A program made the position numbers and the translations under genes. Source: a virus (lineage: Duplodnaviria > Caudoviricetes). From it: 64,000 bases of DNA. Numbering within the stretch: the stretch's first letter is position 1; each line of letters opens with the position of its first letter. The notes under the pieces are model-generated. The model was not told where the DNA came from. It searched no databases and worked only from the letters and a program-made list of their open reading frames with translations. Positions 10,299 to 19,730 of the stretch are shown piece after piece. The stretch is taken from the IMG/VR virus record IMGVR_UViG_3300026077_000001, one strand, 5' to 3'.

Positions 10299-10562
10299 AT
10301 GTCAGTTTACAGAGATTATGAGATACGTATCAACCTCAATGAATTAATTGAGAAGCGTGTCCCTTGTTGTGATCTATTACATCCTGATCATTGCTTCTCA
10401 GCAGATCAAATATCACAGATAGCACACGACATTAATATGGATTTAGACCTGCATCCTGTTTATCATCAGATTGATGAACATATTATGAGATATGTAACAG
10501 CAGCAGGAATAGACAACTCAGATCACTGGGTTGAAAAGAAATTACCTGACCTTAAGGATTAA
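10299..10562 (+). CDS. Hypothetical protein
   Basis: 87-aa ORF in a tight operon. Confidence 0.65.
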   Translation: MSVYRDYEIRINLNELIEKRVPCCDLLHPDHCFSADQISQIAHDINMDLDLHPVYHQIDEHIMRYVTAAGIDNSDHWVEKKLPDLKD

Positions 10563-10564
10563 TT

Positions 10565-11143
10565 ATGTCACTCAAAGAAGCAACGTGGGAACACCACAAA
10601 AGAGCAGAAGAACAACCATTTGTAGGTATGATGTTTGGAGGTAAGTTACATCCAAAATCATATGCTATATTCTTATACAATCAGATCCAACAGTATGATG
10701 TATTAGAGGACACAGCATCAAAGAATGATGTACTAACAGGACTAGAAGATATCAATAGATATCCTGGTTTAGTTAAAGACTTCCAAGAATTATGGGGAGA
10801 GTATGGTGGAGAAGCAGAGATACCACCAACTTTAGAAACAACCAACGAGTTTACTAAGTACATTCTGGAGATTGATAAAGATCCTAGTTCAGAGAGTAGA
10901 CAAAAAAGATTGATGGCACACATCTACACACGTCATATGGGTGATCTTATGGGTGGACAGATGCTTGCTAAGAAAGTACCAGGATCTTCAGCAATGTATG
11001 AGTTTGCTGACCCAGAAAAACTGAAAGGTGCTATTCGTGCTAAACTAGATGATTCAATGGCAGATGAAGTAAGAGTTGCTTACAAGTTTGCTACCAGTAC
11101 ATTCAAGGAGATGCTACCTTACGCTAATGTCAAAGAAGAGTAA
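10565..11143 (+). CDS. ho1: Heme oxygenase
   Basis: LKEATWEHHKRAE (proximal His) and HIYTRHMGDLMGGQMLAKKV signature. Confidence 0.92.
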   Translation: MSLKEATWEHHKRAEEQPFVGMMFGGKLHPKSYAIFLYNQIQQYDVLEDTASKNDVLTGLEDINRYPGLVKDFQELWGEYGGEAEIPPTLETTNEFTKYILEIDKDPSSESRQKRLMAHIYTRHMGDLMGGQMLAKKVPGSSAMYEFADPEKLKGAIRAKLDDSMADEVRVAYKFATSTFKEMLPYANVKEE

Positions 11144-11297
11144 CGACACAAATTTCTGGTCTTCATTTATTAACTATGAAACTCATCCACCCACTCTTAA
11201 ACGTCTATCCAAAAAGGTTAGAGAAGAGACTGCCAAACGAGTCAAGCAGTTAAAGGAGAGAATGGATGAGTTTAATAATAACACCAGACGACCCTAA
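11127..11297 (+). CDS. Small hypothetical protein (56 aa)
   Basis: MSKKSNDTNFWSSF... from an internal Met of the track ORF 11076-11297. Confidence 0.45.
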   Translation: MSKKSNDTNFWSSFINYETHPPTLKRLSKKVREETAKRVKQLKERMDEFNNNTRRP

Positions 11298-11880
11298 ACC
11301 AGTTGAGTACATTCCAAATTATGTTTGGAGACTCAACTATGATTTTGAGTATGAACAAGGTGGTTCATTACAATATGATATTGGGTCATTATTAGATACA
11401 GTTAAAAAGAATTCAGAACTAGAGAGCAACAACGCATTTAGTACAGCGTCAGCATCACTAGAACCTTATGCACCCCATAATTGGGAGTGCTTAGAGAAGT
11501 TTTTATATATTATTCACAAACAGTTGGTTCCAATTTGGAAGCACTGGGGTTATTTCGATTGTCGCATTGCACCACGTGAGTCTTGGATCAATATCCACAA
11601 GCGTGGTGGAATAACCACAGAGCATTTACACAGTCCCTGTCCTATGGTAGTCTCTTGTTATCTCAAGGCACCACGAGGATCAGGGAACTTTTTAATTAGA
11701 GATCCATTAGAGTATCATCGCTTTGGTTCTCCACAGGTACCAGAACAAAATTTATGGAGAGAGATACCAGTTCAAACAAATGACATACTGGTATTTCCTG
11801 GTTGGTTGAAGCACGCAACACAACCAAATAATACTGATGAAGATCGCATTAATCTATCAATCAATTATGAAGGTCATTAA
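11266..11880 (+). CDS. 2OG-Fe(II) oxygenase (TIGR02466-like)
   Basis: WINIHKRGG..EHLH, FPGWLKH, RINLSINY. Confidence 0.85.
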   Translation: MSLIITPDDPKPVEYIPNYVWRLNYDFEYEQGGSLQYDIGSLLDTVKKNSELESNNAFSTASASLEPYAPHNWECLEKFLYIIHKQLVPIWKHWGYFDCRIAPRESWINIHKRGGITTEHLHSPCPMVVSCYLKAPRGSGNFLIRDPLEYHRFGSPQVPEQNLWREIPVQTNDILVFPGWLKHATQPNNTDEDRINLSINYEGH

Positions 11881-12385
11881 CAAACTGCTTCCAGAATTAT
11901 ATGCAGACAGAATTCACGAGATGATGTCAGGAATAAAATTCAACTGGCATTTTTTAGATGATATAACATATGCTAATGAAGGTCCACATCAACGAGGTAC
12001 ACCAGGATTTGCACACCTATTCTTTGATGAACAAGAGGGAATAGAATCAGAGTGTTTGGATTTTGTATATCCTATGCTCTTACACTTTATACCTAAGAAA
12101 CATAAACTACTGAGGATTAAGGGAGGGTTGCTTTTAAGTACCAAAACAGGATATAATAGACCACATATTGATTTTGATATACCACACACTACAGCACTAT
12201 ATTATGTCAATGATTCTGATGGTGAAACTATCTTCTTTGATGAAAATGGTACAATCACAGACAAGATTAAACCAGAGAAAAATAAACTCATTATTTTTGA
12301 TGGTTCTAAGATGCACGCATCGAGTTCACCTACCTACGCTACAAATAGAATTGTGATTAATTTTAACTATGTCTGTACTGATTAA
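11867..12385 (+). CDS. 2OG-Fe(II) oxygenase
   Basis: PHID...YYVNDSDGET...FDGSKMHASS...RIVINFN. Likely start is MKVINK. Confidence 0.85.
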   Translation: MKVINKLLPELYADRIHEMMSGIKFNWHFLDDITYANEGPHQRGTPGFAHLFFDEQEGIESECLDFVYPMLLHFIPKKHKLLRIKGGLLLSTKTGYNRPHIDFDIPHTTALYYVNDSDGETIFFDENGTITDKIKPEKNKLIIFDGSKMHASSSPTYATNRIVINFNYVCTD

Positions 12386-13058
12386 CTACTACCAATACGA
12401 AGGTGCTGAAAATGTCACAGACATACTAGATTCACCTCTATCAATAGATGGTGTTGGCATTGAACCAGAGAGAACTCTGGATAAAATGCCTAAGACAACA
12501 CCATACTTAGATTGTCCTGCATTTACTCATAAAGCATCACGTGAGTGGATAGTATATGCACCTAAAGATATCACACTAGAGATTGATAATGATAATTCAC
12601 AAATAATATGTAAGCAGTTAAATGCTCAAGATTTAAACAGAACAGTACAGGTACAAAATAAGAGAGCACCAATAACAACATTACAATGTTGTATGCCTAT
12701 GTTAATATGTTGGACTTGTTGTAAAAATATATGGGTAGAGGTTAAAGATTATCCACTCACTTCACTTAATAATAATTTCACAGTAGTTCAAGGATGGTTC
12801 AATCTATCATCTTGGACACGTCCAATATCATTTGGGTTGAATATTGTTGACAATACTAAACCTGTTATCATTAAGCGTGGTGATCCATTATATAAAATAA
12901 ACTTCATTCAAGAGGGTAATCTCAATCAAGATTTTAGATTTGAAAAGGCAATGCCACCTGAAGATCTATTAATCCAAATGAATAAGAGAGTGAGGGTGAA
13001 GGGATTCATCAACAACTTAGCAAAGACTCTTATGTTTAAACAATGTCCATTCAAATAA
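12369..13058 (+). CDS. Hypothetical protein, paralogue A (DUF6065-like)
   Basis: DGVGIEPER, CPAF, GWFNLSSWTRPI, IIKRGDPLY, C-terminal CPFK. Confidence 0.6.
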   Translation: MSVLINYYQYEGAENVTDILDSPLSIDGVGIEPERTLDKMPKTTPYLDCPAFTHKASREWIVYAPKDITLEIDNDNSQIICKQLNAQDLNRTVQVQNKRAPITTLQCCMPMLICWTCCKNIWVEVKDYPLTSLNNNFTVVQGWFNLSSWTRPISFGLNIVDNTKPVIIKRGDPLYKINFIQEGNLNQDFRFEKAMPPEDLLIQMNKRVRVKGFINNLAKTLMFKQCPFK

Positions 13059-13741
13059 ACTATCTACAATATGAGTCACCAGACTGGTCACTTGATAGAG
13101 CACTAGACTCTTCATTGACACTAGATGGTGTTGGGTTTGAACCTGAGAGATATTATGATACGTTTGATCCTAGTAAAACAATATATCATTCTTGTCCTGC
13201 TTGGCAGCATAAGGTGAAACGGGAATTTGTGATACGGGCACCTAAGCATATTGAATTAAGAATGAATAGAGAAGAGCAGTTCATCACATCTAATATTGAA
13301 GGTGATCTGTTTCATCAAATAATACAACCACCACCAAATTGGGAGGTGGATCAGACATTTCAAATACATATACCTATCTTCTTAATGTGGACAAGATCAA
13401 AGAATGTATGGGTAGAACAGAAACAATGTAATGGTAATAACTTTAAGGTAGTAGAAGGATGGTGGAATCTATCTGATTGGTCACGTCCTATTGGATTTGC
13501 TATTAACTTTATAGATGAGTCTAAACCTATTATAATTAGAAGAGGAGATCCAATATATCGTGTAGCATTCTCTCAAGAGCATAACCATAATCAAACATAT
13601 AATATGGTTAAATCTACACCAACAAGTAAACAATTACGTGATGCACAAAAGAGAGTAGATACTAAGAATCTATTCCCTAGAATCACACACAATCTTATTT
13701 TTAACACGACTAAATGTCCTTTTAGATTATGGCAGAAATAG
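13043..13741 (+). CDS. Hypothetical protein, paralogue B (DUF6065-like)
   Basis: DGVGFEPER, CPAW, GWWNLSDWSRPI, IIRRGDPIY, C-terminal CPFR. Clear tandem paralogue of 12369-13058. Confidence 0.6.
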   Translation: MSIQINYLQYESPDWSLDRALDSSLTLDGVGFEPERYYDTFDPSKTIYHSCPAWQHKVKREFVIRAPKHIELRMNREEQFITSNIEGDLFHQIIQPPPNWEVDQTFQIHIPIFLMWTRSKNVWVEQKQCNGNNFKVVEGWWNLSDWSRPIGFAINFIDESKPIIIRRGDPIYRVAFSQEHNHNQTYNMVKSTPTSKQLRDAQKRVDTKNLFPRITHNLIFNTTKCPFRLWQK

Positions 13742-14391
13742 TACCAACAACTATTATTGATAGATTTTTTGAGACACCAAGTTTAGTGCGAAAGTATGCA
13801 CAATCACTTGAATATTATCCTTGTACTGAACATCCAAACAGAGGGTATTGGCCAGGTAAGAGAACTAAACTCATACAAGATTTAGATCCTGTTTTTCACG
13901 AGATTATATGTAGAAAGATAATTAAATACTTACCAAGTTATCGTGCATTTGAGATAGCAGACGCAGCATTTCATATTAGTACAGGTGAGTGTGGTAGTGG
14001 ATGGATACACACAGATGATGACCATTTAGGAATTGGTGGTGTTATCTATCTTAATCCAGATATGACTGAGGATAGTGGAACAACAATATATGATGTACCT
14101 GCTGGTGCTGAAATGCAAGGATATGAAGAGGAGTTTCATAAGGCAATGGAAGCACAAGGTACTGAAGCGATTACTAACTTTGATAAGTATAAGGAGGAGT
14201 GTAATTCATATTTTAATGAGTCTATCAAGGTGCAAGCACGTTACAATCGTGCTATAATATTTGATGGACGTAAGTATCACGGAGGACAGAACTTCTATGG
14301 TTCTACATCTGATGATGCAAGACTAACCTTAGTATTCTTTGGCAGGGGAATTAATGACTACCAATCATATGACGCAAGATTTGAATGTTGA
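13729..14391 (+). CDS. 2OG-Fe(II) oxygenase (DUF6445-like)
   Basis: GWIHTDD...GVIYLNP...SGT...YNRAIIFDGRKYHG...RLTLVFF. Confidence 0.8.
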   Translation: MAEIVPTTIIDRFFETPSLVRKYAQSLEYYPCTEHPNRGYWPGKRTKLIQDLDPVFHEIICRKIIKYLPSYRAFEIADAAFHISTGECGSGWIHTDDDHLGIGGVIYLNPDMTEDSGTTIYDVPAGAEMQGYEEEFHKAMEAQGTEAITNFDKYKEECNSYFNESIKVQARYNRAIIFDGRKYHGGQNFYGSTSDDARLTLVFFGRGINDYQSYDARFEC

Positions 14392-15016
14392 TACTATACG
14401 TGATGGCAAATTATATGTCATTCGTAATGGTTTATCAATCGAGACTTGTGAACAATTAAAAATAGAATATATGATGATTAAGGATGTTGTCGAAACACAG
14501 TATTCGGGACCAACTTCTGATCCTATAATGCCAGGTGCATTTGCAATGTATTCACCAGTATGTTTTGAAGCAATGGGACAACACATACAACCACAGATTG
14601 AACAGGTGTTAGATACACAATTACATCAAACATTTAGTTATGCCAGAGTATATGTTAAAGGAACAAATTTAGTAAGACATAGAGATAGAACAAGTGGTGA
14701 ATGGGTTGCTAATGTGTGTATAACAAGAGACGATACTGATTGGCCCTTGTACTTAGAAATGGAGGGTAAATCACATCAAGTTCTTATGAATCAAGGAGAT
14801 ATATGTATCTTCCGAGGACATAAAGATTTCCACTGGAGACCTAAGTACACAGGTGAGTTACAGATACAAGCATTCGTATCTTATGTTGATGCAAATGGAA
14901 AATATGCTAAGAACAAATATGATGGACGACCAATGTTATCAATGCCTTGGGAGTCAGCAGCAGACTTCATTAAAGAAGAACAAGCAATGATTAACTCATC
15001 ACCCTACTACACATAA
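14354..15016 (+). CDS. 2OG-Fe(II) oxygenase (start uncertain)
   Basis: YARVY..G..L.RHRDR...GDICIFRG...HWR. Confidence 0.8.
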   Translation: MTTNHMTQDLNVDTIRDGKLYVIRNGLSIETCEQLKIEYMMIKDVVETQYSGPTSDPIMPGAFAMYSPVCFEAMGQHIQPQIEQVLDTQLHQTFSYARVYVKGTNLVRHRDRTSGEWVANVCITRDDTDWPLYLEMEGKSHQVLMNQGDICIFRGHKDFHWRPKYTGELQIQAFVSYVDANGKYAKNKYDGRPMLSMPWESAADFIKEEQAMINSSPYYT

Positions 15017-15017
15017 T

Positions 15018-15683
15018 ATGAAGTTCACAGTACAGTCACCATTTAAGACACAATTTAATAATATGCAAGACGTTATTGTCTTTGATGATATAATCCCACC
15101 AGTATATCAGAATTGGTTAATAGATTGTATTAAGAACCCTGATCTCAAATGGATGATTAAGGACAATGCAATTAGTGATTTATTTGAAGATGACCCTCGC
15201 AATGGATATTGTAATTTCCATTATTTGTATGAAGTAGAACAGGGTGAGTTATCACCATTATGCAACGCATTTATGCCTCTAGCATTACAGTTCAGAGATA
15301 AGTTAAAGGCAGAATCATTGCTTAGGATGAGAGTTAACCACGTACCTGCTTGGTGCTCTAACATCATTCAGTTACCACACGTTGACAGTTATGTCAAAAA
15401 CTCTTGGAATGTGGTATATTATATTGATAATTCAAATGGTGACACTATTATCTACAACGAGAGGACACAAGATCCCCAACAATATGTTGAGTTAGCAAAA
15501 CAGGATAAATTCACAGAAATGACACGAGTATCACCTAAGAAGGGTAGAGCAGTGGCATTCAAGGGTGATTTATTTCACTCATCAACAACACCAGTAGGTA
15601 CTTGGCGACCTGTTGTTAACATCAATTTAGCAGAGCAACCACCTACTGCTAATGACATCATTTACAATCCAAACAAAAAATGA
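15018..15683 (+). CDS. 2OG-Fe(II) oxygenase
   Basis: PHVD...YYIDNSNGDT...KGRAVAFKGDLFHSS...RPVVNIN. Confidence 0.85.
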   Translation: MKFTVQSPFKTQFNNMQDVIVFDDIIPPVYQNWLIDCIKNPDLKWMIKDNAISDLFEDDPRNGYCNFHYLYEVEQGELSPLCNAFMPLALQFRDKLKAESLLRMRVNHVPAWCSNIIQLPHVDSYVKNSWNVVYYIDNSNGDTIIYNERTQDPQQYVELAKQDKFTEMTRVSPKKGRAVAFKGDLFHSSTTPVGTWRPVVNINLAEQPPTANDIIYNPNKK

Positions 15684-16348
15684 CCTATAAAATTAAAGAT
15701 GGTGAGGACTGGGTATTGTACAGATCACCAGTTGTAGAGCACGAGCAAGAAGAAATGCTACGTCAACTAGGACGTGGTTATAGACTCTTCAAAGAGACAT
15801 TTACTGGTCTTGATAGTTCTTTAAGGCAAGAGGGTTTAACACTCGGTGCACTGCCATCTCTGTTCAATGTAGATCACGTTAAGAAGGATAGAGAGCACTT
15901 AGATAATATGGACACTAACTATTCTGGTTATCGGTTCTATAATCTATTTTCATTGACTGCACCATCACCATTATTCTGGTTATTGCTACAAGATATAAGG
16001 ACAGTAGTTAGAACAACGTTAGGAACTGATGAACCATTATGGATGCAATGTTGGGTTAATATGCACAAACCAAATGAAGTATTAAATTGGCACGATCATA
16101 AGTTTGATTATCACGGATATGTAAGTATTGACCCAAAGAACAGCATAACAAAATTTAGAGATAGTAGAGGTCCATTATATGAAATAAATAATGAAGTTGG
16201 TAACATTTATTTCGGACCTGGATGGGAACGAATGCACAAAGTATGTGTTAATGAAGAGTACGAAGGTAATAGAATTACCCTAGGATTTGATATAGAAACA
16301 CGAGGTGACTTACCAGACGACCAGTTCTCTCTTATCCCTTTACTGTGA
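15680..16348 (+). CDS. 2OG-Fe(II) oxygenase-like protein
   Basis: WVNMHKPNEVLNWHDH...MHKV...RITLGFD. Confidence 0.75.
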   Translation: MTYKIKDGEDWVLYRSPVVEHEQEEMLRQLGRGYRLFKETFTGLDSSLRQEGLTLGALPSLFNVDHVKKDREHLDNMDTNYSGYRFYNLFSLTAPSPLFWLLLQDIRTVVRTTLGTDEPLWMQCWVNMHKPNEVLNWHDHKFDYHGYVSIDPKNSITKFRDSRGPLYEINNEVGNIYFGPGWERMHKVCVNEEYEGNRITLGFDIETRGDLPDDQFSLIPLL

Positions 16349-16545
16349 TGTTAGGAATCAAGACACAAATATTAAATAGCGAGAGCAAAGACATCTTGCG
16401 TAAATCTCTTGGTATGTTCATATCTAAAACATATCAATCACATAGTGAAGGGAGAATAGATGAAGGACAACTGCACGAGTTGTTACATACTGTAGAAGAA
16501 ATTACTGATCTGTTATATCTAAAGTATGTTGAGAATTTAGAATAA
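16345..16545 (+). CDS. Hypothetical protein
   Basis: 66-aa coupled ORF. Confidence 0.5.
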   Translation: MMLGIKTQILNSESKDILRKSLGMFISKTYQSHSEGRIDEGQLHELLHTVEEITDLLYLKYVENLE

Positions 16546-16546
16546 T

Positions 16547-16876
16547 ATGACCATCAACATATTACTTGCAAACTCTATTCAACTTGAAATGCGTAACATT
16601 CTAAAATCTCTTGAATTAGGTAACTACATCAAATTTAAAGGTGAGACTGGTTACATATCATTTGTATGTGATGATTATATTACAATGTGTACTCACGAGA
16701 CTGACGATCCAGACGCAATGCACGGAAAAAAGTTCTGTAATGTGCTAATATACAATGGAGACTGGTTGGACATTGAAATAGATGAGAGTCTATTCCCTCG
16801 CAATGTCAGAAACTATCACGGAAAGATAGTTGAACATCCAGGAAATGACCTACTACCACCTATTGAAGAAAGATGA
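16547..16876 (+). CDS. Hypothetical protein
   Basis: 109-aa ORF; the true start may be an internal Met. Confidence 0.6.
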   Translation: MTINILLANSIQLEMRNILKSLELGNYIKFKGETGYISFVCDDYITMCTHETDDPDAMHGKKFCNVLIYNGDWLDIEIDESLFPRNVRNYHGKIVEHPGNDLLPPIEER

Positions 16877-17124
16877 TGATTAAAGCAAATCCAAATGCAA
16901 CACAAAGTGAGTTTGATGGTAAGGTTATTGTACCTTGGGTTAACATTAACCTATCAAAGAATGAAGCAGAAGCATTATTAACTGCTTTACAACATTTCCC
17001 ACTTGAGTTACAACGACCTAGTGAGAATATCCACGGAGTTAAATACTCTGACATTTACAACACTATTAGACAGGAGGTTGATGATGCCACCATTGAGGAA
17101 ATTGGCGAAAGTAAGACCAATTAG
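16873..17124 (+). CDS. Hypothetical protein
   Basis: 83-aa coupled ORF. Confidence 0.55.
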   Translation: MMIKANPNATQSEFDGKVIVPWVNINLSKNEAEALLTALQHFPLELQRPSENIHGVKYSDIYNTIRQEVDDATIEEIGESKTN

Positions 17125-17296
17125 TGATCGTGCTAAATTACAGTTCGTTGAAGCAATGAACAGTAATAATATGGCAACCATTGAAGATCGTAGAGAAGAT
17201 GGTAGGACATTCTTATCATCTAATCACAATCACGACTTTTGGTTTTGGTCAGATGGTAATGATGACCCACATTGGAGGTTTGAAGAGGTAGTATGA
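17084..17296 (+). CDS. Hypothetical protein
   Basis: MPPLRKLAKVRPISDRAK..., from an internal Met of the track ORF 17003-17296. Confidence 0.55.
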   Translation: MPPLRKLAKVRPISDRAKLQFVEAMNSNNMATIEDRREDGRTFLSSNHNHDFWFWSDGNDDPHWRFEEVV

Positions 17297-17463
17297 CTGA
17301 CGCTAAAGCAGGTGAATCACTCAAGGTTACTGTTGATGACAATGGTAAAGTTGCTCTTGAGTTTGACCCTAACGACCCACATTGGAGTTGGTTAAGTAAA
17401 GCAACTGATGAACAAATTGAAGCATTCATTCAAGCAGCGAGGGATGATTATGACACACCTTGA
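17293..17463 (+). CDS. Small hypothetical protein (56 aa)
   Basis: Read manually: MTDAKAGESLKVTVDD..., ATGA-coupled to the upstream stop. Confidence 0.55.
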   Translation: MTDAKAGESLKVTVDDNGKVALEFDPNDPHWSWLSKATDEQIEAFIQAARDDYDTP

Positions 17464-17704
17464 TAAGGTTATCCGTAACCTTGAGAAAGAGTTGGAACAA
17501 CTCAAACGTATTAACACAATGCTTAAATCAGATGATCTCAGACAAATACTATACAGAACTGAAACACGAGTTGGTAAAGATCTTGATGCACTCGACTCTC
17601 ATTGTTATGATAATCAGACTGGAGGAGCAGAGATACAAAGAACTGCTATAATAGATGATATCGAGCACTCTAAGTATTACTACGATTATGACCGTAACCG
17701 ATAG
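17450..17704 (+). CDS. Hypothetical coiled-coil protein
   Basis: MTHLDKVIRNLEKELEQLK... Confidence 0.5.
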   Translation: MTHLDKVIRNLEKELEQLKRINTMLKSDDLRQILYRTETRVGKDLDALDSHCYDNQTGGAEIQRTAIIDDIEHSKYYYDYDRNR

Positions 17705-17912
17705 CGAACTCAATTTCATTGAAGAGTTATTATCTGGTGGATATGAATACAACTCACACCACCATTGCTATGAACGTGTATGGACTACAAATGAAGGTAA
17801 GGAGTCCATAGTTGAACTATATTTAAAGGACAGTAACAGTACAGAGTGGGTTCACAAGATGATAGGGTATGGTGGTAGCATATTCTATCAAGAGAGAGTG
17901 ACAAACGTGTAA
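17688..17912 (+). CDS. Hypothetical protein
   Basis: MTVTDSELNFIEELL... Confidence 0.5.
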   Translation: MTVTDSELNFIEELLSGGYEYNSHHHCYERVWTTNEGKESIVELYLKDSNSTEWVHKMIGYGGSIFYQERVTNV

Positions 17913-17955
17913 CTGTCACATATAACTAGCATTTTGCCTTGTTTGCCTGTATGAT
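17898..17955 (+). promoter_or_regulatory. Dyad motif plus -10 box (early-type promoter) copy 1
   Basis: GTGACAAACGTGTAACTGTCAC, with TATGAT starting 35 nt after the motif's TG. Confidence 0.65.
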
Positions 17956-17976
17956 TAATACAGTTAAGCAAGGCAT

Positions 17977-19209
17977 TTGAGTATCACACTAAGACCACAC
18001 CAGAAAAGAGCACTCGAAGCAATGGGTGACAATGATAAAGGACAGATCATTGTGCCTACTGGTGGTGGTAAGACAATGATAATGATACAGCACGCTATCA
18101 AGCATTTTGAAGAGAGTCCAGTACCACAGACTATAGTTGTAGTTGCACCTCGTATTCTATTGGCACAACAACTATGTACTGAGTTCACATCATTGATTGA
18201 TGCTGATGTGTTACACGTCCATAGTGGTAAGAATGAGTATAAGAATACTACTGACCCTAAAGTTATTCAAGAGTGGGTAGATAACAATACAAATAATATA
18301 CTAATCTTTACAACATACCATTCACTTCATAAGGTATGTGTATTGGATGATGTTGACATAGTATATTATGATGAAGCACATAATAGCACAACTAAATCAT
18401 TTTTTCCTGCTGTTCAGGAGTTTAGTCAGAGAGAACAAACTAAGGACTATTATTTCACAGCAACACCTAAGTATGGAACTAGATCTAATTTCATAGGTAT
18501 GAACATACCTAGCATTTATGGTGAAATAATAGAGAATGTTACTGCTAGTGAGTTGATTGACAATGGTTCAATCATACCACCTACAATAGTACCATTTAAT
18601 GTTAATGGCACAAGGACTAGACAGAATGCTCACGAGTTTGATGTAGATGCAACACTAGACCTACTTGATGAGATAGATGATAATGAATTGACCCCTAAAG
18701 TGGTTGTCAGTATTGGATCTTCTAAGGTTCTTCAGTCAATGTTAGGTAGAACACCACTATTACAAGAGTTAAAAGATCGTGGATATGATGTATTACACGT
18801 CACTAGCAAGTTTGGTGCATACGTTAACGATAAGAAAGTATCAAGGTCTCAGTTTATGACCACACTAAATGAGTGGGGAACTGATGATGATAAGAAGTTT
18901 ATCGTATTTCATTACTCTATACTATCTGAAGGTATATCAGTTAGTGGATTGACTCACAGTATTATGTTGAGACAGTTGAATCTCATAGAAATGGCACAGA
19001 CAATAGGTAGAGTTATAAGGATGGATGCACGAGACAAGGCAGATATTAGTTCAAATAAACTGAAATCTGGTCAAGTGCAGTTCTATCGCAAGTCAACTGG
19101 TTATGTGTGTGTACCTATGAGCAGTAAAGCAACAGTAGCAAGATTACAAAGAGTAGTGGACGACATATTTGTTAAAGGTATCCCACCACTTCCTCTATCG
19201 TATAAATAA
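17977..19209 (+). CDS. SF2 DEAD/DEAH-type helicase (type III restriction Res-like)
   Basis: LRPHQ, PTGGGKT, APRILLAQQL, TTYHS, DEAH, TATP, LSEGI, QTIGRVIR. TTG start. Confidence 0.88.
   Translation: MSITLRPHQKRALEAMGDNDKGQIIVPTGGGKTMIMIQHAIKHFEESPVPQTIVVVAPRILLAQQLCTEFTSLIDADVLHVHSGKNEYKNTTDPKVIQEWVDNNTNNILIFTTYHSLHKVCVLDDVDIVYYDEAHNSTTKSFFPAVQEFSQREQTKDYYFTATPKYGTRSNFIGMNIPSIYGEIIENVTASELIDNGSIIPPTIVPFNVNGTRTRQNAHEFDVDATLDLLDEIDDNELTPKVVVSIGSSKVLQSMLGRTPLLQELKDRGYDVLHVTSKFGAYVNDKKVSRSQFMTTLNEWGTDDDKKFIVFHYSILSEGISVSGLTHSIMLRQLNLIEMAQTIGRVIRMDARDKADISSNKLKSGQVQFYRKSTGYVCVPMSSKATVARLQRVVDDIFVKGIPPLPLSYK
19201..19208 (+). promoter_or_regulatory. T4-type late promoter TATAAATA
   Basis: Exact consensus about 30 nt upstream of the ATG at 19240. 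Confidence 0.6.
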
Positions 19210-19239
19210 ATCAGGCACAGTATTAATTAGGATTTAACA

Positions 19240-19659
19240 ATGGCAACTACTCAAGTAAATAATTGGGCAGATTTATTGCTTGCTCAACTAGCAGCAAACG
19301 CTAAGGCATATAGATTGAAAGCAGTAAATGATAGCATCACCAGAGTAAGTGCTCAACAAGGAGCAGCAGAATATCGCTTTACAAATAAGAAAGCAAAGAT
19401 TGAAGCGGATGACGCTAGTGTCACTTGGACATTCAGCAAAGCGGATGCAGCAAGTGGTGATGATGTAGTAATATCAGCAACAGCACCAGTTGATAGAGGT
19501 GGACATACTAAAGTATGGGGAATAATAGAAGGCACAAGTGGTGATAATGAAGGATATGTAAGAAAGTCAACAAGTGACCCTTATGTGGATGCCAATTCAT
19601 TAGGTGACACATATCGTGCAGCATTCTTTGATAAGGTTAATCAATTTGGATGGGGATAA
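19240..19659 (+). CDS. Hypothetical protein (late-promoter-driven)
   Basis: 139-aa Ala-rich ORF with an AGGA RBS. Confidence 0.7.
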   Translation: MATTQVNNWADLLLAQLAANAKAYRLKAVNDSITRVSAQQGAAEYRFTNKKAKIEADDASVTWTFSKADAASGDDVVISATAPVDRGGHTKVWGIIEGTSGDNEGYVRKSTSDPYVDANSLGDTYRAAFFDKVNQFGWG

Positions 19660-19670
19660 TACCATAATAT

Positions 19671-19727
19671 GTGCCACTCAACAAACTGTCTCGCATTTGG
19701 TTGCAAGGCAGTTTTTTTGTGTATAAT
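19671..19727 (+). promoter_or_regulatory. Dyad motif plus -10 box copy 2
   Basis: GTGCCACTCAACAAACTGTCTC; TATAAT at 19722-19727. Confidence 0.7.
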
Positions 19728-19730
19728 AAG

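Noticed and set aside
17264-17387. 14-nt repeat GACCCACATTGGAG (DPHW) in two adjacent small ORFs
   Set aside because: It is a single short match, compatible with old duplication or chance, and no further structure is visible.
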